Below, in pieces: positions 25,807 through 39,800 of a DNA stretch of 64,000 nt. The stretch is taken from the NCBI RefSeq assembly GCF_036321535.1, contig NC_087437.1, forward strand, positions 4,588,001-4,652,000, in the 5' to 3' direction. The stretch comes from Camelus dromedarius. Its lineage: Eukaryota. The notes beneath the pieces are model-generated. The model was given only the letters and a program-made list of their open reading frames with translations. It was not told the DNA's origin and did no database searches. Numbering within the stretch: position 1 is the first letter of the stretch; each line of letters begins with the position of its first letter. Made by a program: the position numbers and the translations under genes.

Positions 25807-28742
25807 AAGATTTGACTTTTACAGCCCAGTCATAACCTGAATAACTTCGGCCAAAATATTTGAGGCACCTGCTGGTTTTTCCAGGCGTCTCTGTAGCCCC
25901 TTGGGTGTTGCTATCGTTCGCATTTGAAGCGCCTTTCTGGCCCTCACCCTCACCCTCGGCTCTGACACTGTCATTTCCTCATTTGTCAATGGCTTTGCTG
26001 GTGATTGGGGCAGTTCCTCCAAATGCCTTTCCTAATCTTGAAATCTCGCTTATTTTGCAAGACTGGTAAGTTTCACTTTGCCATCAATTTTTACATTATT
26101 TGCCTTGTATTTGCATTCTCTTGTTGTAGCCTGTCAACTCTGGAGAGGATAATGGACAAAGATTCTGGCCCCACAGCCAGGGGCAGAAGCTCAGTTTTAG
26201 AAGGAAGGGATGCCTAGGAGGTCAGGCCTTTGGGGATATATTTGTGTCATGACAATGTTAGTTGCTCATAGTGGAGACCACTCACCGAATCCACTCTCCT
26301 TCTGTGTAAGCACTTAGCTACACAGCATTTTCCTCCCCTCCGTCTGGCTGGCTGTGGCTTTGGTGACTAAATGAGTGGCAGTGACGTGGCATTTTCAGGC
26401 CTGACCCATAAATGTCCTACATGTGCTCCTTTATGCTCTTTCCTCTTCTGGGCTGGATGCGGGTGACAGGGAAGCCCTTACAGGCCCACAGGGTAGGGAG
26501 AACCTAGATCCCTGAGGCGCTAACCAGCAGAGAGGACCAACCTGTGTATCCTGGGCTGTTACCTGAGCTACAAACAAAATTCCATTGTTTTGCCATTGGG
26601 TCTGTTTATTAACATGGCTTAGCCCATCCTAAATAAGACACAGCTCTACTTACCTTCGGGAATGGGACAACATGTACCGGGTAACGAGGAGCCCCTTCGG
26701 TATTTCAAAGGGACACTTGGCTGGTGCCATGTGACTTCCTACAGATGCGCTGAGAAACCAGCGGGTGCTAGTGACTGACCGGACGACCAAACCCAATGGC
26801 TAATGAATCACTGTCCAACCCTGAGCTCTGTCCTTTCAGCATGTGTAGTAATGACTCAGCTGAAGACAGAGAAAGAACGCTTCCTGAACCTGCAGGATGC
26901 ATGAGGCCAGAAGGGGTATCCCAGATTATGCAACCATGACTCCTGCAAATCGGGGCACTGAATTTCCATCATCTTATTGTACTATGACAACCACAGAGAA
27001 GATGACTGACGAAGACTGTGACCTAGTGGGTGGGGGCAGACGCCTTTGAAGGAAGGAGAAGTGGGCCATGGAGAATAAAGGGAAATTCACTGGGGCTTAA
27101 ATAGAGGATTTTGAACTGAGTCTGAAATAAATGAGCAAGATGGTGAAACATAGCTTAAGACATCACATTTTAAAAAAAGATTTGGATGTTTGAGGCTGCA
27201 TTACTGAAGCCTTCTCTTCTCTACCCAAGCGAGACCTCAGATCCCACACTAGACACAAAATGTTTTCAGAGGAGGGCACTGGAGAAGGGACAGGGATAAG
27301 ATTTTCATTTGAGGAAAATGATTTCTGTTGGTTAAGTCTGTCCAATTTCCAACTGAGCTGCCACAGTAGGTAGTGAGTTCCCTGCTCTGGAGGTGTTCAA
27401 AGAACTAAGATGAAATGACTGATATTCAGTCATTTATCGCCAAGAATAGCAATTTCATATGCCTTCAGCTAACACTAGAGGAGATGGTAGAGGGTGAGTC
27501 AAGCAATTGAGCAAGTGGCAGAAATACAACTCAAACTGGCTTAGGAAAGGAAAAGAGGGGTGATCGTGGAGTGGGAGATGCACTGGTTCACGTAAAAAAG
27601 CCAAGGAGATTTTAACATCAGGTATAGCTAGATCCAGGTGCTCTCTCACCGTCTCCATCTTTCCTTTCTCCTCTCCATCTTCTTTCCTCCTTCCTCTCCT
27701 ATGTTAGCTCTGTTCCCAGAAGGCCTGCCCCTTGTGATGGACTGTTAGATACCAGCAGCTCCAGGCTTGGATTAAACCAGCCAATAAACCCACAATTCCT
27801 GGGACTGACTCTGATTGAACTGACTTGGGTCACATGTCCTTCTCTGAATCAGTACCTTAGGCTGGGGTAGGGGACCAGGGTGGGTGGGGGTGGGAGAAGC
27901 AGAATTACCAGTTATTACTGATTGGCTTGATCGCCATCGCAAGCTGGTCCTGGAGTCTAGGCAAGGGTGGAATGAGTAGAATAGGGGTTCAGCACACAGC
28001 CTGATCATAGAAAGGGGGGCTTTCCAAAACAACAACAACAACTGAGGGGCTGCGGGCCAACCCAAATGATGAAAAGGACCAGCCAGGTAAGGATCTGGGG
28101 GTGGGGGTTGTGTTCCAGGCAGACAGAGCAGCTGGTGCCACTGGAGGAATGAAATAGAGGGTTTGAGAAATTATCAATTATCTGGGGCTGTAAATCAAAG
28201 CACCAAAACGCAGTGGCTTAAAGAGGATGATAACCGTTTTCTCTCTCACGGTCTGTGACATGACCGGCCTTGGCCAGGCAGCTCTCTCCTCCACATGATG
28301 CCAGCTGACCGCAGGCATCCGGAGGCTTGACCAGACCGGGATGCCCAAGGTGGCTCACTCACGCGGCTGGGTGCTCCTCTGGCACGATGGCCCAGAACTT
28401 CTCTGTCCTTCTCCACGTGGCCTCTCCTGGTGTGCTTTTTGTTTTTCACAGCTTGGCGGCTGGATTCCAAGGGAGGAAGCAGGAGTTAGCAATCTGCTTA
28501 AAGCCTCAGCTCAGAAGCCCTAGAACATCAAATTCCACCACTTTCCACTGGCCAGAGTCATCATGGCGGGGCCAGCACCTTCAGAGGGTGTGACATTCAT
28601 GTATGGGGACCACGGGAACTGGGGGCAGCCGTCTGGGGAGGGTTTCTACCCAAGCCAGCGCTAGGGGAGGGGAGGTGAAGGGGGGCCAAGGTCAAGGGCA
28701 GAGCGGTGTGCTATGGGGTTGGAAAGGTAGAAAGGGGACAGA

Positions 28743-28947
28743 TCGGGGTCACCAAACTATGCCTCACAGGCCAAATTCAGCCCATTGCCTGTTTTTGTAA
28801 ATAAAGTTTTATTGGAACATAGCCATGTTCATTTGTTCACCACACTGACTATGGCAGAGCTGAGAACTTGCAATGCAGACCACGTGGCTCACAAAGCCCC
28901 AAATACGGACTATGCAGCCCTTCACAGAAAAGCCTGCTGACCCCTGG
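28743..28947 (+). mobile_element. MER58A-like hAT element
   Basis: cggggtcaccaaactatg...gcctgtttttgtaaataaagttttattggaacatagcc...gctgacccctg; TIR-like ends. Confidence 0.8.
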
Positions 28948-28959
28948 GCTAAGCCGGGT

Positions 28960-29880
28960 GCCTTACAAGTCTTGTTGAGGGATTTGAATTTGATTCTAAA
29001 AGTCCAGCCTTCCAATAGGTAGCCACTGGAGGGCTTTAAACCAGCGAGTCGCACGACCTGACCTCCATTTTTAACAGATCCGCTCTGGGAATGGATTATA
29101 GGAGGATTAAAGTGGACGCGGGGACACCTGGGGCGGGCCATGGCCATCACCCACATGAGAGAGGACAGAGTAGAAAACAAGAGAAGCTGATGAATTGGGC
29201 ACACATGTTGCAAGGAGGAAGCCCACGGGACCCGCTGAGCCACGGGATACAGAGATGAAAGAGGAAAGCGAATCAGGCATGACTTATAAATTGGCTTAAA
29301 CAACTGGATTAATGGTCGTTCCATTAACTGAACAGAGGAAGGGTGCAGGGAGGAGCAAGCTGGGTGAGAAGAGCATTGAGGGTTCTGTTTTACCACTAAG
29401 TCTGAGATGTCTCTCGGACGTCGGAGAGGCAAAGTCACGCAAGCAGTTAAATACTTGAGTCTGCAGCTCAGAGTATAAATCTGAGAATCGCCGGTAAATA
29501 GGTCGTGTTGAAAGCCAGAAGCCTGGAAGAAGCATCTCCTAGGAAGTGGTGTGGAGGAGCCCTGGGCTGGGGAGGCCGGAGGCCGTCTGCGGCAGGGAAA
29601 TCACCCAGAGAGATGGAGGAGGAGGATGTGGAAAGGGAGGAGGATGCAGAAAGGCAGGAGGGAGTGGGAGGCTCTGGGAAGGCGAGGTCCGCTGCACTGA
29701 ATGCCACTGGGTGGCGGAGGGGACACGTAAACAGAGAGGTGACAGCCCAATTTGGTGACAGGAGGTCCAGAGCAGTTCAGGGAGTAGGGGCCCTGAGCAC
29801 TGGCTGGACGGGATTGAGGAAAACATGGGAAGGGGGCCAGTGAGATGGCAAATACATCCTCTTTTGAGGAGTTTTGCTCA
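28960..29880 (-). mobile_element. L2 LINE relic
   Basis: agccactggagggctttaaacc..., atggtcgttccattaactgaacagaggaa, gcagttaaatacttgagtctgcagctcag. Confidence 0.6.
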
Positions 29881-32747
29881 TGAATGAGTCAAAACCACAA
29901 AGGGCCACTGCAGGCTCACGGCCTTGAAAGTCCCTTTCCACCCTGCAGAGCACCGACTCCATAAAGCGCCTACTGTGTGCCGGCTCATCACTTGTCTGGA
30001 GCACTGATGAGTGTTTCTTTCCGATGGCTCGCTGGGGGGTCGGACAGGGCACAACAGAAATCCATGCATGTAGCGTCAGGAAAACACAAAATGAAAGAGA
30101 GCTCGCAGCCAGAGAGGCTGGTGCAGAGCTCAGATGGGCTTCTCCCCGTGGCCTCCCCGTGGTGGGAAAACCGCAAACCCCAAAGCCCAGCGGTTTTGTT
30201 TCTACCAGGTGAGGGCTCGTTCACGCCAGCTCCTGAAATCTGCTGCCGGATACAAACGTGAGACCCAGAGAACAAGCAGAGTTCTGTGATCGGGACACAC
30301 ATGCATCTTGTAGCAGGGTCCAAAGTGTTGTTTTTGTTTCAATTTTTTTTTCCTGAAAAACATTTAGTTTCTCATGAAAAACAGGTGAAAATATTCACTC
30401 TGGTACACACAGGGTCTGTTGTTACTTTCAGAATATTCAATTGCAGATTGTAAGGAAGACCTGGAGATAATTTTGTTTCTCATTCTATTCCCTCATGGTC
30501 TTCGAAGACCAGAGTCTGAGTGCTGAACCATTTGCTCCCCTGTTTCACCGAGGCATGGGCTGACCCTTCAGGCTGCCTGTCCTCCTGGATCTCAAAAAGG
30601 TGTATCTACAATCATAAAAGGAGCTGTGTTTCTGTCTTTGCCCCTGAACTGGTTTGGAATCCCAGCTCTGCTCCTCACAGGACTGTGTGACCCTGCGTGG
30701 GTCCTTACCCTCCGAGAGCCACAGTGGCCTCGACTGTCAACTGGTGATAATGGATCTACTTTGCCACCCTGTATTAAATAAGCTAAAGTACATAAAGGTC
30801 TGTGAGGGCATTCTGAGAGCAGTAAGTGGTGGCTCTCATGGAGAAGAGCATCCACGTAGATGCCCGACCCTTACTGACAAGGCCAAGATATGTCATGGCC
30901 AGTAAGAAGGGTCCCAGATCTGCCAGTGACCTTGTCCTGCAATCCAGCTTGTCTGCCTGTCTGTCTAAGAATGACCTTGGTGCTTGGAGAATCCTATGAT
31001 TGGTAGTGAAATTTTAAGCCAATTATCTTCAAGGGTCACAGGCTTTGAAGGTCATCTGTTGACATGTGTCTCCCAGAAGTGGCACCCCAACGGCTGGGTG
31101 CTAAGCCCCCCAAACGCTCCTCTTCCCAGTCCCCAAGCCCTCAGCATCTCCTAGGCATGCTGTGGTGGCCCCAAGGACGAGGACCTCCTACCCTCATCTC
31201 CTCTAGTTTTGAAGACGCTGCCGTGAGAGCTGCTCTGATGGGGAAATAAAAGCAGTCCTGGTTTGGGCCGGAGTGCAGCTTTGAATGTTCCCCAAACCTA
31301 CAGCTGGCACACGCGGGAAGGTTCTCTCCCCAAGCCCTGCGTGACTCTGGATGCGCTTCTTAGAGACGGAGCCGGAGTGACAGAGGGGTTCGGGATGCCT
31401 CTCCTTTCGGCCTGACTCTGGCGAGTGGCACGCACCTAACTCAGGGACAGACCGAGCTGGAAGGCAAGGCACTCCAGGGACAGGTGCCCTGCCTTGGCCC
31501 TGATGCACAGGGGCTGTCTGGGAGCGGCCCAGCCTCTTAACATGAAGAAACAGCTGCAGAAGTTATATCCGGTCTCGGCGACGTTTCCATTTAAACGTAT
31601 TCGGTGTTTGTCTTTTGAGGGAGTGAGGAGGGTTTTCAGGTACCACTGGTGACCAGAAGCCAGGGCCTTTTGTGCCCTACACCACGTCCCCGCGGCCCAG
31701 CTGACTTGGACACCCTCCCTGGGCACAGTCAGCGCCCACCTCGAGCCCATCCTCCTCAGGGGCGTTTTTGAAGCTTTGGGAGTTCACTGAGCACCTTCAC
31801 CGGCAGCCCGAAGTCCAGGGGGTGTCAGCAATGCCAGAACAACCCCCAACCACTGGAGGAACGGAAAGTCAGGGGGAAAGGCCCCCGTCCATGGCTCTTC
31901 GGGGGTACAATTCTGGAGACGTTCTGCACCACCCCCCGGAGGGTGCCCGGCAGGACTGAGCCCTGGCAGCCCCAACCGTAACAGGGGATGAACCCATCCT
32001 TAACTGGCCTTCTTCCCCTCTTCCTCTCTCCACCCCTCACTCCCGCCAGGCCCCCTCCCCTAAAGGGTACCTGTCCCCAGACCAAGTCTCTACCTGAGGT
32101 TTTGTTCTGGGGAGAACCTAGACTAAATCAGGCACCGAAGAGCGTGACGGGAGTTTGCTTTTCTTTAACGCCCAGAAATCAAGCTGCTCCTTGGCTGCAC
32201 AAGAACAAAAGGGAAGTGGCGATGGTGGGAAGAGACGTGTCCTCGAGGAAGTGGGAGCTCAGCTCTGCCCACCGGGAACAGAGTGGAGCCAAGAGGTGGA
32301 CAGACCACCGGAGAAGAAGACAGAGAGAAACCGCGGTCAGGCCCAGCGAGGACACCTGCATCCCAAGGGCACGATTTTAACCCACGGGGATGAAGAGTCA
32401 AACCAAAGGTCACCATCCGCAAAGGGGGAGGTCCAAGAACAATCAAACGTGACCGAAAATCAGACAATCACCTGCCTTCCTGCCTGCTGATTTTATGCGG
32501 TGGCTTTATTCTTATTTGGATTTGTGAGTTTGCGGAAAAATGTTGTCCTAGTGTTTCTGGGAAAAGAAGAATTTTTTCAGGGCTGCAGCAGCAAAGTTTT
32601 TATTTCTACAAGAGAGCTAGGTGGTCAGCTACGGAACAACTATCAAAGCTGGACAGCGAATATTGTAGAATGAGGGTCTCCTGTAATGAGACATCAGATT
32701 AGAGCCCATCAGTGACTTTACAGAATACGAATCCTGACAGTACTTTA

Positions 32748-32920
32748 TTTTATAACTTTTTGTTTGGTTTCTTATTTTTAATTAAATTTTTTTTTTCATG
32801 TTGGGGGGAGGTAATTTGGTTTATTTTAGTTATTTATTTTTAACAGAGATACTGGGGACTGAACCCAGGACCTCGTGCATGCTAAGCATGTGCTCTGCCA
32901 CTGAGCTAGATCCTCTCCCC
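32748..32920 (-). mobile_element. tRNA-Ala-derived SINE
   Basis: Antisense head and tail; TSD acagtacttta (32737-32747) / acagtgcttta (32924-32934). Confidence 0.9.
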
Positions 32921-33190
32921 TTAACAGTGCTTTAAATAGCTGTCTTATCCTAAACTAGACAACCTCTAGCCCACCTCCAATCAAACCAAGCCAAAAAAGC
33001 CCAGCTGAGACCCTTTTAACCTGTAGGTCTTTATCTATGAGGCTGTGATTTCTAGGCAGTTGATGAGAGTTTTAGTTCAATAATGACCTTAATCAGACTT
33101 ATTACTGTAGATCAACACAGCTGTTCCCTTGTGAGGACAGGTTGCAGCTTCCTGATAAAACACATACCTTTCATCTTAACTAAATCCTTA

Positions 33191-33888
33191 GAAAACTAAA
33201 AATAGAGATACTGTATGATCCAGCAGTCCCACCCCTGGGCATATATCTGGAGAAAACTCTAATTCAAAATGAGACACACACCCCAATGTTCAGAGCAGCA
33301 CTATATACAATAGCCAAGACACTGAAGCAACCTAAAAGTCCATCAACAGATGACTGTATGAAGAATCTGTGGAAACATATGTAATGGAATACTATTCAGC
33401 CATAAAAAGAATGAAATAATGCCATTTGCAGCAACATGGATGGACCTAGAGATTATCATACTAAGTGAAGTCAGACAGAGAAAGATAAATAGCATATGAT
33501 ATCACATATGTGGTACCTAAAAAAATGACACAAATGAACTTATTTACAAAACAGGAACAGTCTCACAGACATAGACATCAAGCTTATGGTTACCAGGTAG
33601 GAGGCAGGGATAAATTGGGGGTTTGGGATTGGCAGATACACACTACTATAAATAAAACAGATAAACAACAAAGTCCTATTGTACAGCACAGGGAACTATA
33701 TATTCAATGGCTTGTAGTAACCTATAATGAGAAAGAATATGAAAAAGAATATATATATGTGTGTGTGTGTGTGTATAACTGAACCACTTTGCTGTATATC
33801 AGAAACTAACACAACATTGTAAATCAACTATACTCATATTAAAAATATATATATTGACATGGAAAAAAAGTCCTAAACGCATAAAAAA
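33191..33888 (+). mobile_element. L1 3' fragment
   Basis: tatgatccagcagtcccaccctgggcatatatctggagaaaact...gccatttgcagcaacatggatggacctagagatt...caacattgtaaatcaactata. Confidence 0.92.
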
Positions 33889-36800
33889 ACTTAACTACAG
33901 TCCTTGTTTCATAATTCCTAGTCTCTAAATGGCTCCTTTGCAATGTTAATTTTAAACACAGCTGAGCATGCTGATCATAGGGGTTTAACTGCCAAGACCT
34001 GAAAATGAAACTCACTGAGGACATTAAAAAATTCCTCAGGACCATGTGAAATATTTTTTTTTAAATGTGAAGATCACAGAGATGAGTGTGGTTTTACACA
34101 ATCTAACACAGACCTTCACTTGCTCGTTTGTTCAGTTAGCAGTGGGTATCTGCGTGAGACCACTCTCTTTTCCAGCAGTCTGGAGTGTCCGGGTTATCAA
34201 CAGCAAATGCCTCTAGGCCCGACCTGTCCAAGGCAGTGGCCACCTGTGGCTACTGAGCACTTGAAAATTTGGCTCGTCGGAATTGAGATGTGCTGGTAGA
34301 CACATCTAGGATTTTGAGGATTTCCTATGAAAAAACGACTGTAAAGTATCTCAATAATTTTTATACTGATTATATGCTGACATGATAATAATTTGAGCTG
34401 AGCTGGGTTAAAGATGTATTAATAGGATGACCGCCTTTTTTTTTTATATGTGTGATGTGTCTGCTAGAACAGGCAGAACAGATGTGCGGCCCCCAGCGTG
34501 TCTTGTCTAGTGGGCAGTGATGCTGGCCCGTCTGTGCCGCAGGGAAGGGTCGGGGTCAGGCTGCTAGAGGGGAGGGCAGGAGGCCTGTCTTGAAGCTCCT
34601 TTGCCAAACAGGTGCAGGTCTCCCCTAGAGTGTGTGTGGGGGGCAACGATTTATTTGCAGGGGATGTTACTTGCGAGCAGAGGGGCTACAACCTGTCCGA
34701 TCTCAGTGAGCTTTTCCACCCTCCGGGAACTAGAAATTGTCTTCTAACATTTCCCTGCATTTTAGAAATGGTGTGGCACTGCACAAGTCGCAGTGCTTCT
34801 CTCTGCCCGCCTTTTCTCCCTCCCTTTCTTTCTCAGACAGCTTTAGTGTATAATTTACATATCATAAAGTTCAGAGTTTGATGAATCTGACTACATTTAC
34901 GCCGCCTGCAGCCATCACCATAATCCAGCTCTGGGACAACCCGTCACCCTGGCACTTCTCCTGTGGCCTTCGTGCCTGACTCCTTTCCCTGCACGTGCGC
35001 CCTGGTTTCCAGGTTGATCCAGGTTCACAGTGTCCCTCTTGCCTGTCCCCACCTGTCAACTGACTTCTAGAGGAAACAGAAACAGGTGGTAGGAAATTTT
35101 GGGAAATTCCCCTTGGAACGTGGTCTGAGCCTAGAAAAGTCACAGAGGGAAATAAAAGCATACGGAGAGTTTCATGTCATCTGATGACAGGGTACTGCCG
35201 GGCTCGCTCTCCTCCTTCTGTTCTAAAAAGAAAATGGACTGTATTGGCAAAACAATATCCGTTTCCCCATTTTACCTTCCTGTTCTTGCCTGTAAAGTTA
35301 CACAATTCATATGTTATTGTACTCAGAGTGTAGATAAAAATGTGGTTCTTCTCCAGTTCTTTTCCTTTACCAAGTGCTTTTTTAAAATAATGAGGATAAA
35401 TTTGCTCCCCAGCATCCATGTGCTCTCACCTGGAAACTGAGCAGATACAACTGCTTTTTATAGAATTTAACACTGTGACAGTCACTCACGTATGCAAAGA
35501 AGCATGAGCTCTTACTCATTCTGAAATCTAACTAGATGATTCAAACAGCCCATGGTCCTAAGACATTACATTGTAAGTCATGGTGTTTGTCTGATTAACA
35601 GACAACAGCAAAGAAAAAAACACTCCAGAGACTCAATTTTCTTTGCTAATAAGCAGGTACCAAAATAATGAATTATATTCTGACACACACACCCTCTTTC
35701 AAGTCACTGAAAAGTTTACCCATAATAATGTATGGACTTTGAAGAGTGGGCGGCTGCAATTTCCCGTAAACACACCCATACAGACCAAATCAACAGATGT
35801 GGCTAAAGGAACCTCGGGTGAAAATTGCAAACTGCTACAAGATGGGGTGGGGAGAAGGACAAGCTGAAAGATGCCAGCTGAGGTCCAACTTCTTTCAGTG
35901 ACATGTTTTTAACTAAGTCTGTTTCATGGCTCTCCTGCCCATTATGGATGGCCGTGTTTCCCTCGCCATCCCCACCAAAGCAGCCCCGTCTGGACGCCAC
36001 CATGTGGTTGCCAGTGGTTGGGAAGGCAGTCCCACACATGCGCTCAGGCACCTGGGTCTCCTCTCTGTGGCCTCTCCTGCCCCAGCAGCACGCAGACCGG
36101 CCAGCAGTGCTGCAGCACAGCACCCCCAGGACAGCCCTCCAGAGGAGAGGAGGAACAGCTGGTGAGCAAACCCACCGGCCCCCTCACTCTGGTGGGACCA
36201 CTTGGATGTGCATGCTCCACCCTCTCAGACGCTCCCCAGCAGGACTGGGGCCCGCTGCCCTCAGAGGCATCCTGCTCTCCCCCACCCGCTTCCCCACGTC
36301 CCTGCTCTGCTCCCTGGGACCACTTCCCAAATACCACCCGCCACAAATCCTTCGCCTCAGGGTCCTCTTTTGAAGGAGCCCAACTAAGACATCTACCAAA
36401 AGTTTAGATAAGTGGAGAGTTTAAAAGGATTCTTTTACTACTTTTTTAGCAGAATTTTCTGGGTCATCTTTAGGAAGACCCAGAGAAAGAAGCCAAAACA
36501 ATGAGAGTTGTACCAAAGAGGGGCTCTGTTCTCACCCGAGGTTATCACAGCTCCCAAATTCTGTTATAAGAATTTGGAACCGGGGGCGGACGCTGAGCTA
36601 AAGCTCCACACGCATGAACTGATTTCATCCTCACAATAACCCCATGAAGTAAGTACTATTACTGTCCTCATTTACAGAGGAGGAAACTGGGAGGTTATAT
36701 TAATCTGGCTGAAGTCACAGAGCTAGAAAAGGCGATGGCAGGAATCCAGCCCAGGCAGGCTGGTTCCAGATCCTCCGAGCACAGCCTCTGACACAGGGCT

Positions 36801-39800
36801 GAGTGCGAGGGTGCTGGTCAGTGCTTGCTTGACGTGGGAGTTACTGCACGTAGAGAAAGGAAGGAAGATGGTCTGTGTAGTACCTTCCAATGTTTGAGGG
36901 CTCTGACCACGAACCCCTTCGACAGTCTGTGAAGTCCATGGGGTCTTTCCCAAAACGACATTTTTAAGTGCATAAAAGAAAACACATAGGATTACAAAGG
37001 AAACCAATGATACTGAAACACAATGCTACCCAAAATTGTGACACAGCAATATACACGTTCTTTCCACAGCGAAGGGATGGGCTGGACTGCCCCTAAGGCT
37101 GGATGGTTTCAGGACAGAGCTCAACAGCTAGTTCCAGAAATCTTAACAATGAGACCTCTTCTCTCCAAGTCACCCTCCGCCTTCACTGACTTCCTAAAAC
37201 ACAAATTTGTATTTCTCCCCAGTTCTAAACCTCTCAGTGCCCACCCTCGTTGCCCCCAGAATAAAGTCTAGGATGCCTAGGATGACATTCCAAGGTTGCG
37301 TGATCTGAACTCAATCAGTAACTCACCTTCCTAACCCCTGGCCGGGGCCTCCCACATTCCTTTCCCTCCAGCCACAGGGAATTCCCACTTCTCGCACACA
37401 CCAAGCACTTCTCGGGGTCTCCCTGCTCCCTCTGCCTGGAATGAGCGGGGCCTCATGCAGAATCCTTCCCTATCAGATGAAACTTCTTTGCAAAGTCTCC
37501 CCCATGGCCCCAGGTAAAATTCATCTCTCCTCCTCCGAGTGCCCAGAACTCTTCCCACGTGCCTCCACCGAAGCGTAAGCATCACGCGATGTTATAATCA
37601 CTGTGGGCATCTGGCCGGGCTTGCACACGGCCGGCATCTTATTCATCCTACACAGGGCCCAGGATGACAGTTCAGCTAATGTTGTTCAAACTGACTTGAG
37701 GCGGGGACGTGGGTAGCTGGTCTGACACGCGTTTGAGATAACTGCATGGACCGTCTCAGTATTTCCCACCAAAGATCAGGGATCACTGGGGGTCTGGGAA
37801 GGAAGCCTGAAGTGACCCACCCACATCAGGGCTTGTATCAGCTTCAAATTCCACGTGAAACTGGCTGTCCCTTCTGTAATATATTAATATTTGTTAACAA
37901 AGTAATGTCACTGGTTTTGCTCACATTTTTAAGTAAAGTGGACTTCCCTAAAGAATCTGTCCTCTTTCTCCTGTGGCTTCTACCTCCTGCTCCCCCAATA
38001 ATCCGGGGAGGCAGGTGCCCAGGCTGAGATCAGGGGCCTAGAGGGCCCCTCTGCCCGACCCCGGAGACGAGGGCACCGTTTGGCTGACTTTAACCAGAAG
38101 TCCCCGAAGAACCCTCCTCCCCTCGCCCCAGGCGCTGGCAGGACTGCCTCCCAGTCAACAGTTCAAGGGAGTCATTATTCCAAACCTATCCATTTTCTCA
38201 TCTTCCTCTGAAGTCTTGCAGGCATGACTCATTCTGTGAGATGAAAAAGCTGGCGGGGTTTTTCCATGATGTCCCTGGTGTGTGTTACGATTGTTTTCAT
38301 GAGTCTTTGGCTGTGGTGCAGACTTCATCACCCGACACGGACTTCCTTCTCGTCCTCACAGGGCGCCCTCTTCTCATCCACGACTGAGGAGGGCCTGAGC
38401 ACATGCCCGAGGTCTTCCCTGGTATTTGAGTACCATCTCCTCCCTTAGGTTTTAACTCTGGTGGGGTGGAAGGAGTGTGGATTTGTGAGGCGAGCAGAGC
38501 TGGTGGCAGCCCTGGCTCTGCTACTGACTGGCTATAGACAGTGTGCAGAGTGACACCTCTCCCAGCGCAAGATACTCATCAGTACAAGAGGGGACTGTCA
38601 TGCCCATTTTCCAGGATGTTGAGAACTAAGCAAGGTTAGGTCTGTAGATGCACCTGAGACAGTATTTGGCACAGAGTCAATGAGAAATGTGAATGTGCAT
38701 GTCCTTCCTTCTGCTAGAGTCTCTTGTCCCGTGATCTGAAGATCCAGTTGGTGTGGGTGCCTATAAAACAGCCAGTGGCAGTGAAACCTGCAGATGGTCC
38801 CCCTGGAGGGGGAGGATCTGTGCCTCGGTATCTGCAACTCCTACCCAGGTGGCATAGCCATGACCGAACAAGCATCTGCGGATGGACTGAATGAACGCAC
38901 AAAGGAATGAGTGAATACATCCCTCCGGGATGAAGGGTTGGAGATGAGTAACCAAGCTGTGTCAAAGAAATCAAGTAATTTGTAATATGATGCTGATTTC
39001 CAAAAATCTGTCTGATCCATGCCCCCGTGACACTGCCTGATAGGCTGGCGGGGGAGGGAGAGGCATGCAGAGGTGCCGAGGTTTTGCTCCTGTGCAGGAG
39101 CAGGTGGGCTGCGTGGCCCCTCTGCTGGCGGGAGTTCACCACTGGGGCCATCAGGGGTTGGCAGGGACGGCCTAGGAGGAGCTGCCCTGTAATTACCACC
39201 GTTTCCGAGTAAATACATGTTGTTGTTTTATGTTCTGGCAAGTGACTGCTGTGTTTCTGGGTTGTGGCGACAGGTTCTGACTGTGGAGGTGTCTTTGAGG
39301 ACCAGCCTCGGATGACTAAGCCGGCGGAGCACCCCCAAATGGTGAGTGCGGTCTCCGTCTCCGGCCTCAGCAGTGGCCGCCCAGCCAGTGTCCTGCTTCC
39401 ATGGCTGCCCCACCCTGGTCCATCCTCCACCCCCTGGCCCTAGTGACCCTTCTGAACCACGAATCATATCTGATCGACCACCCTGCTTCCCACCGCCTGA
39501 TCCTATTTCCAGGAGGACACAAGTCCCAGTGCTCAGCGCTCAGCCTGCAGCCCCTGGTGCCCCAGCCCACGCCCCACACCTCCCCTCACAGGTTCCTCAG
39601 ACACACAAGCCCGTCCCACCCCCCGGCCTTCACATGTGTGCTCCCTCTGTCTGGAAAGCCCCCACTTCCTTCACAAGGCTGCCCCCCTCCTCCTCACTCG
39701 GCTCTCAGACCCTCCCACCCCCACAATTCTCCCCCCTCCCTCTGCTCCTCCATACATTTACTTTCTCCATCTCCCCATGACTACCTAAAATCACCATATT

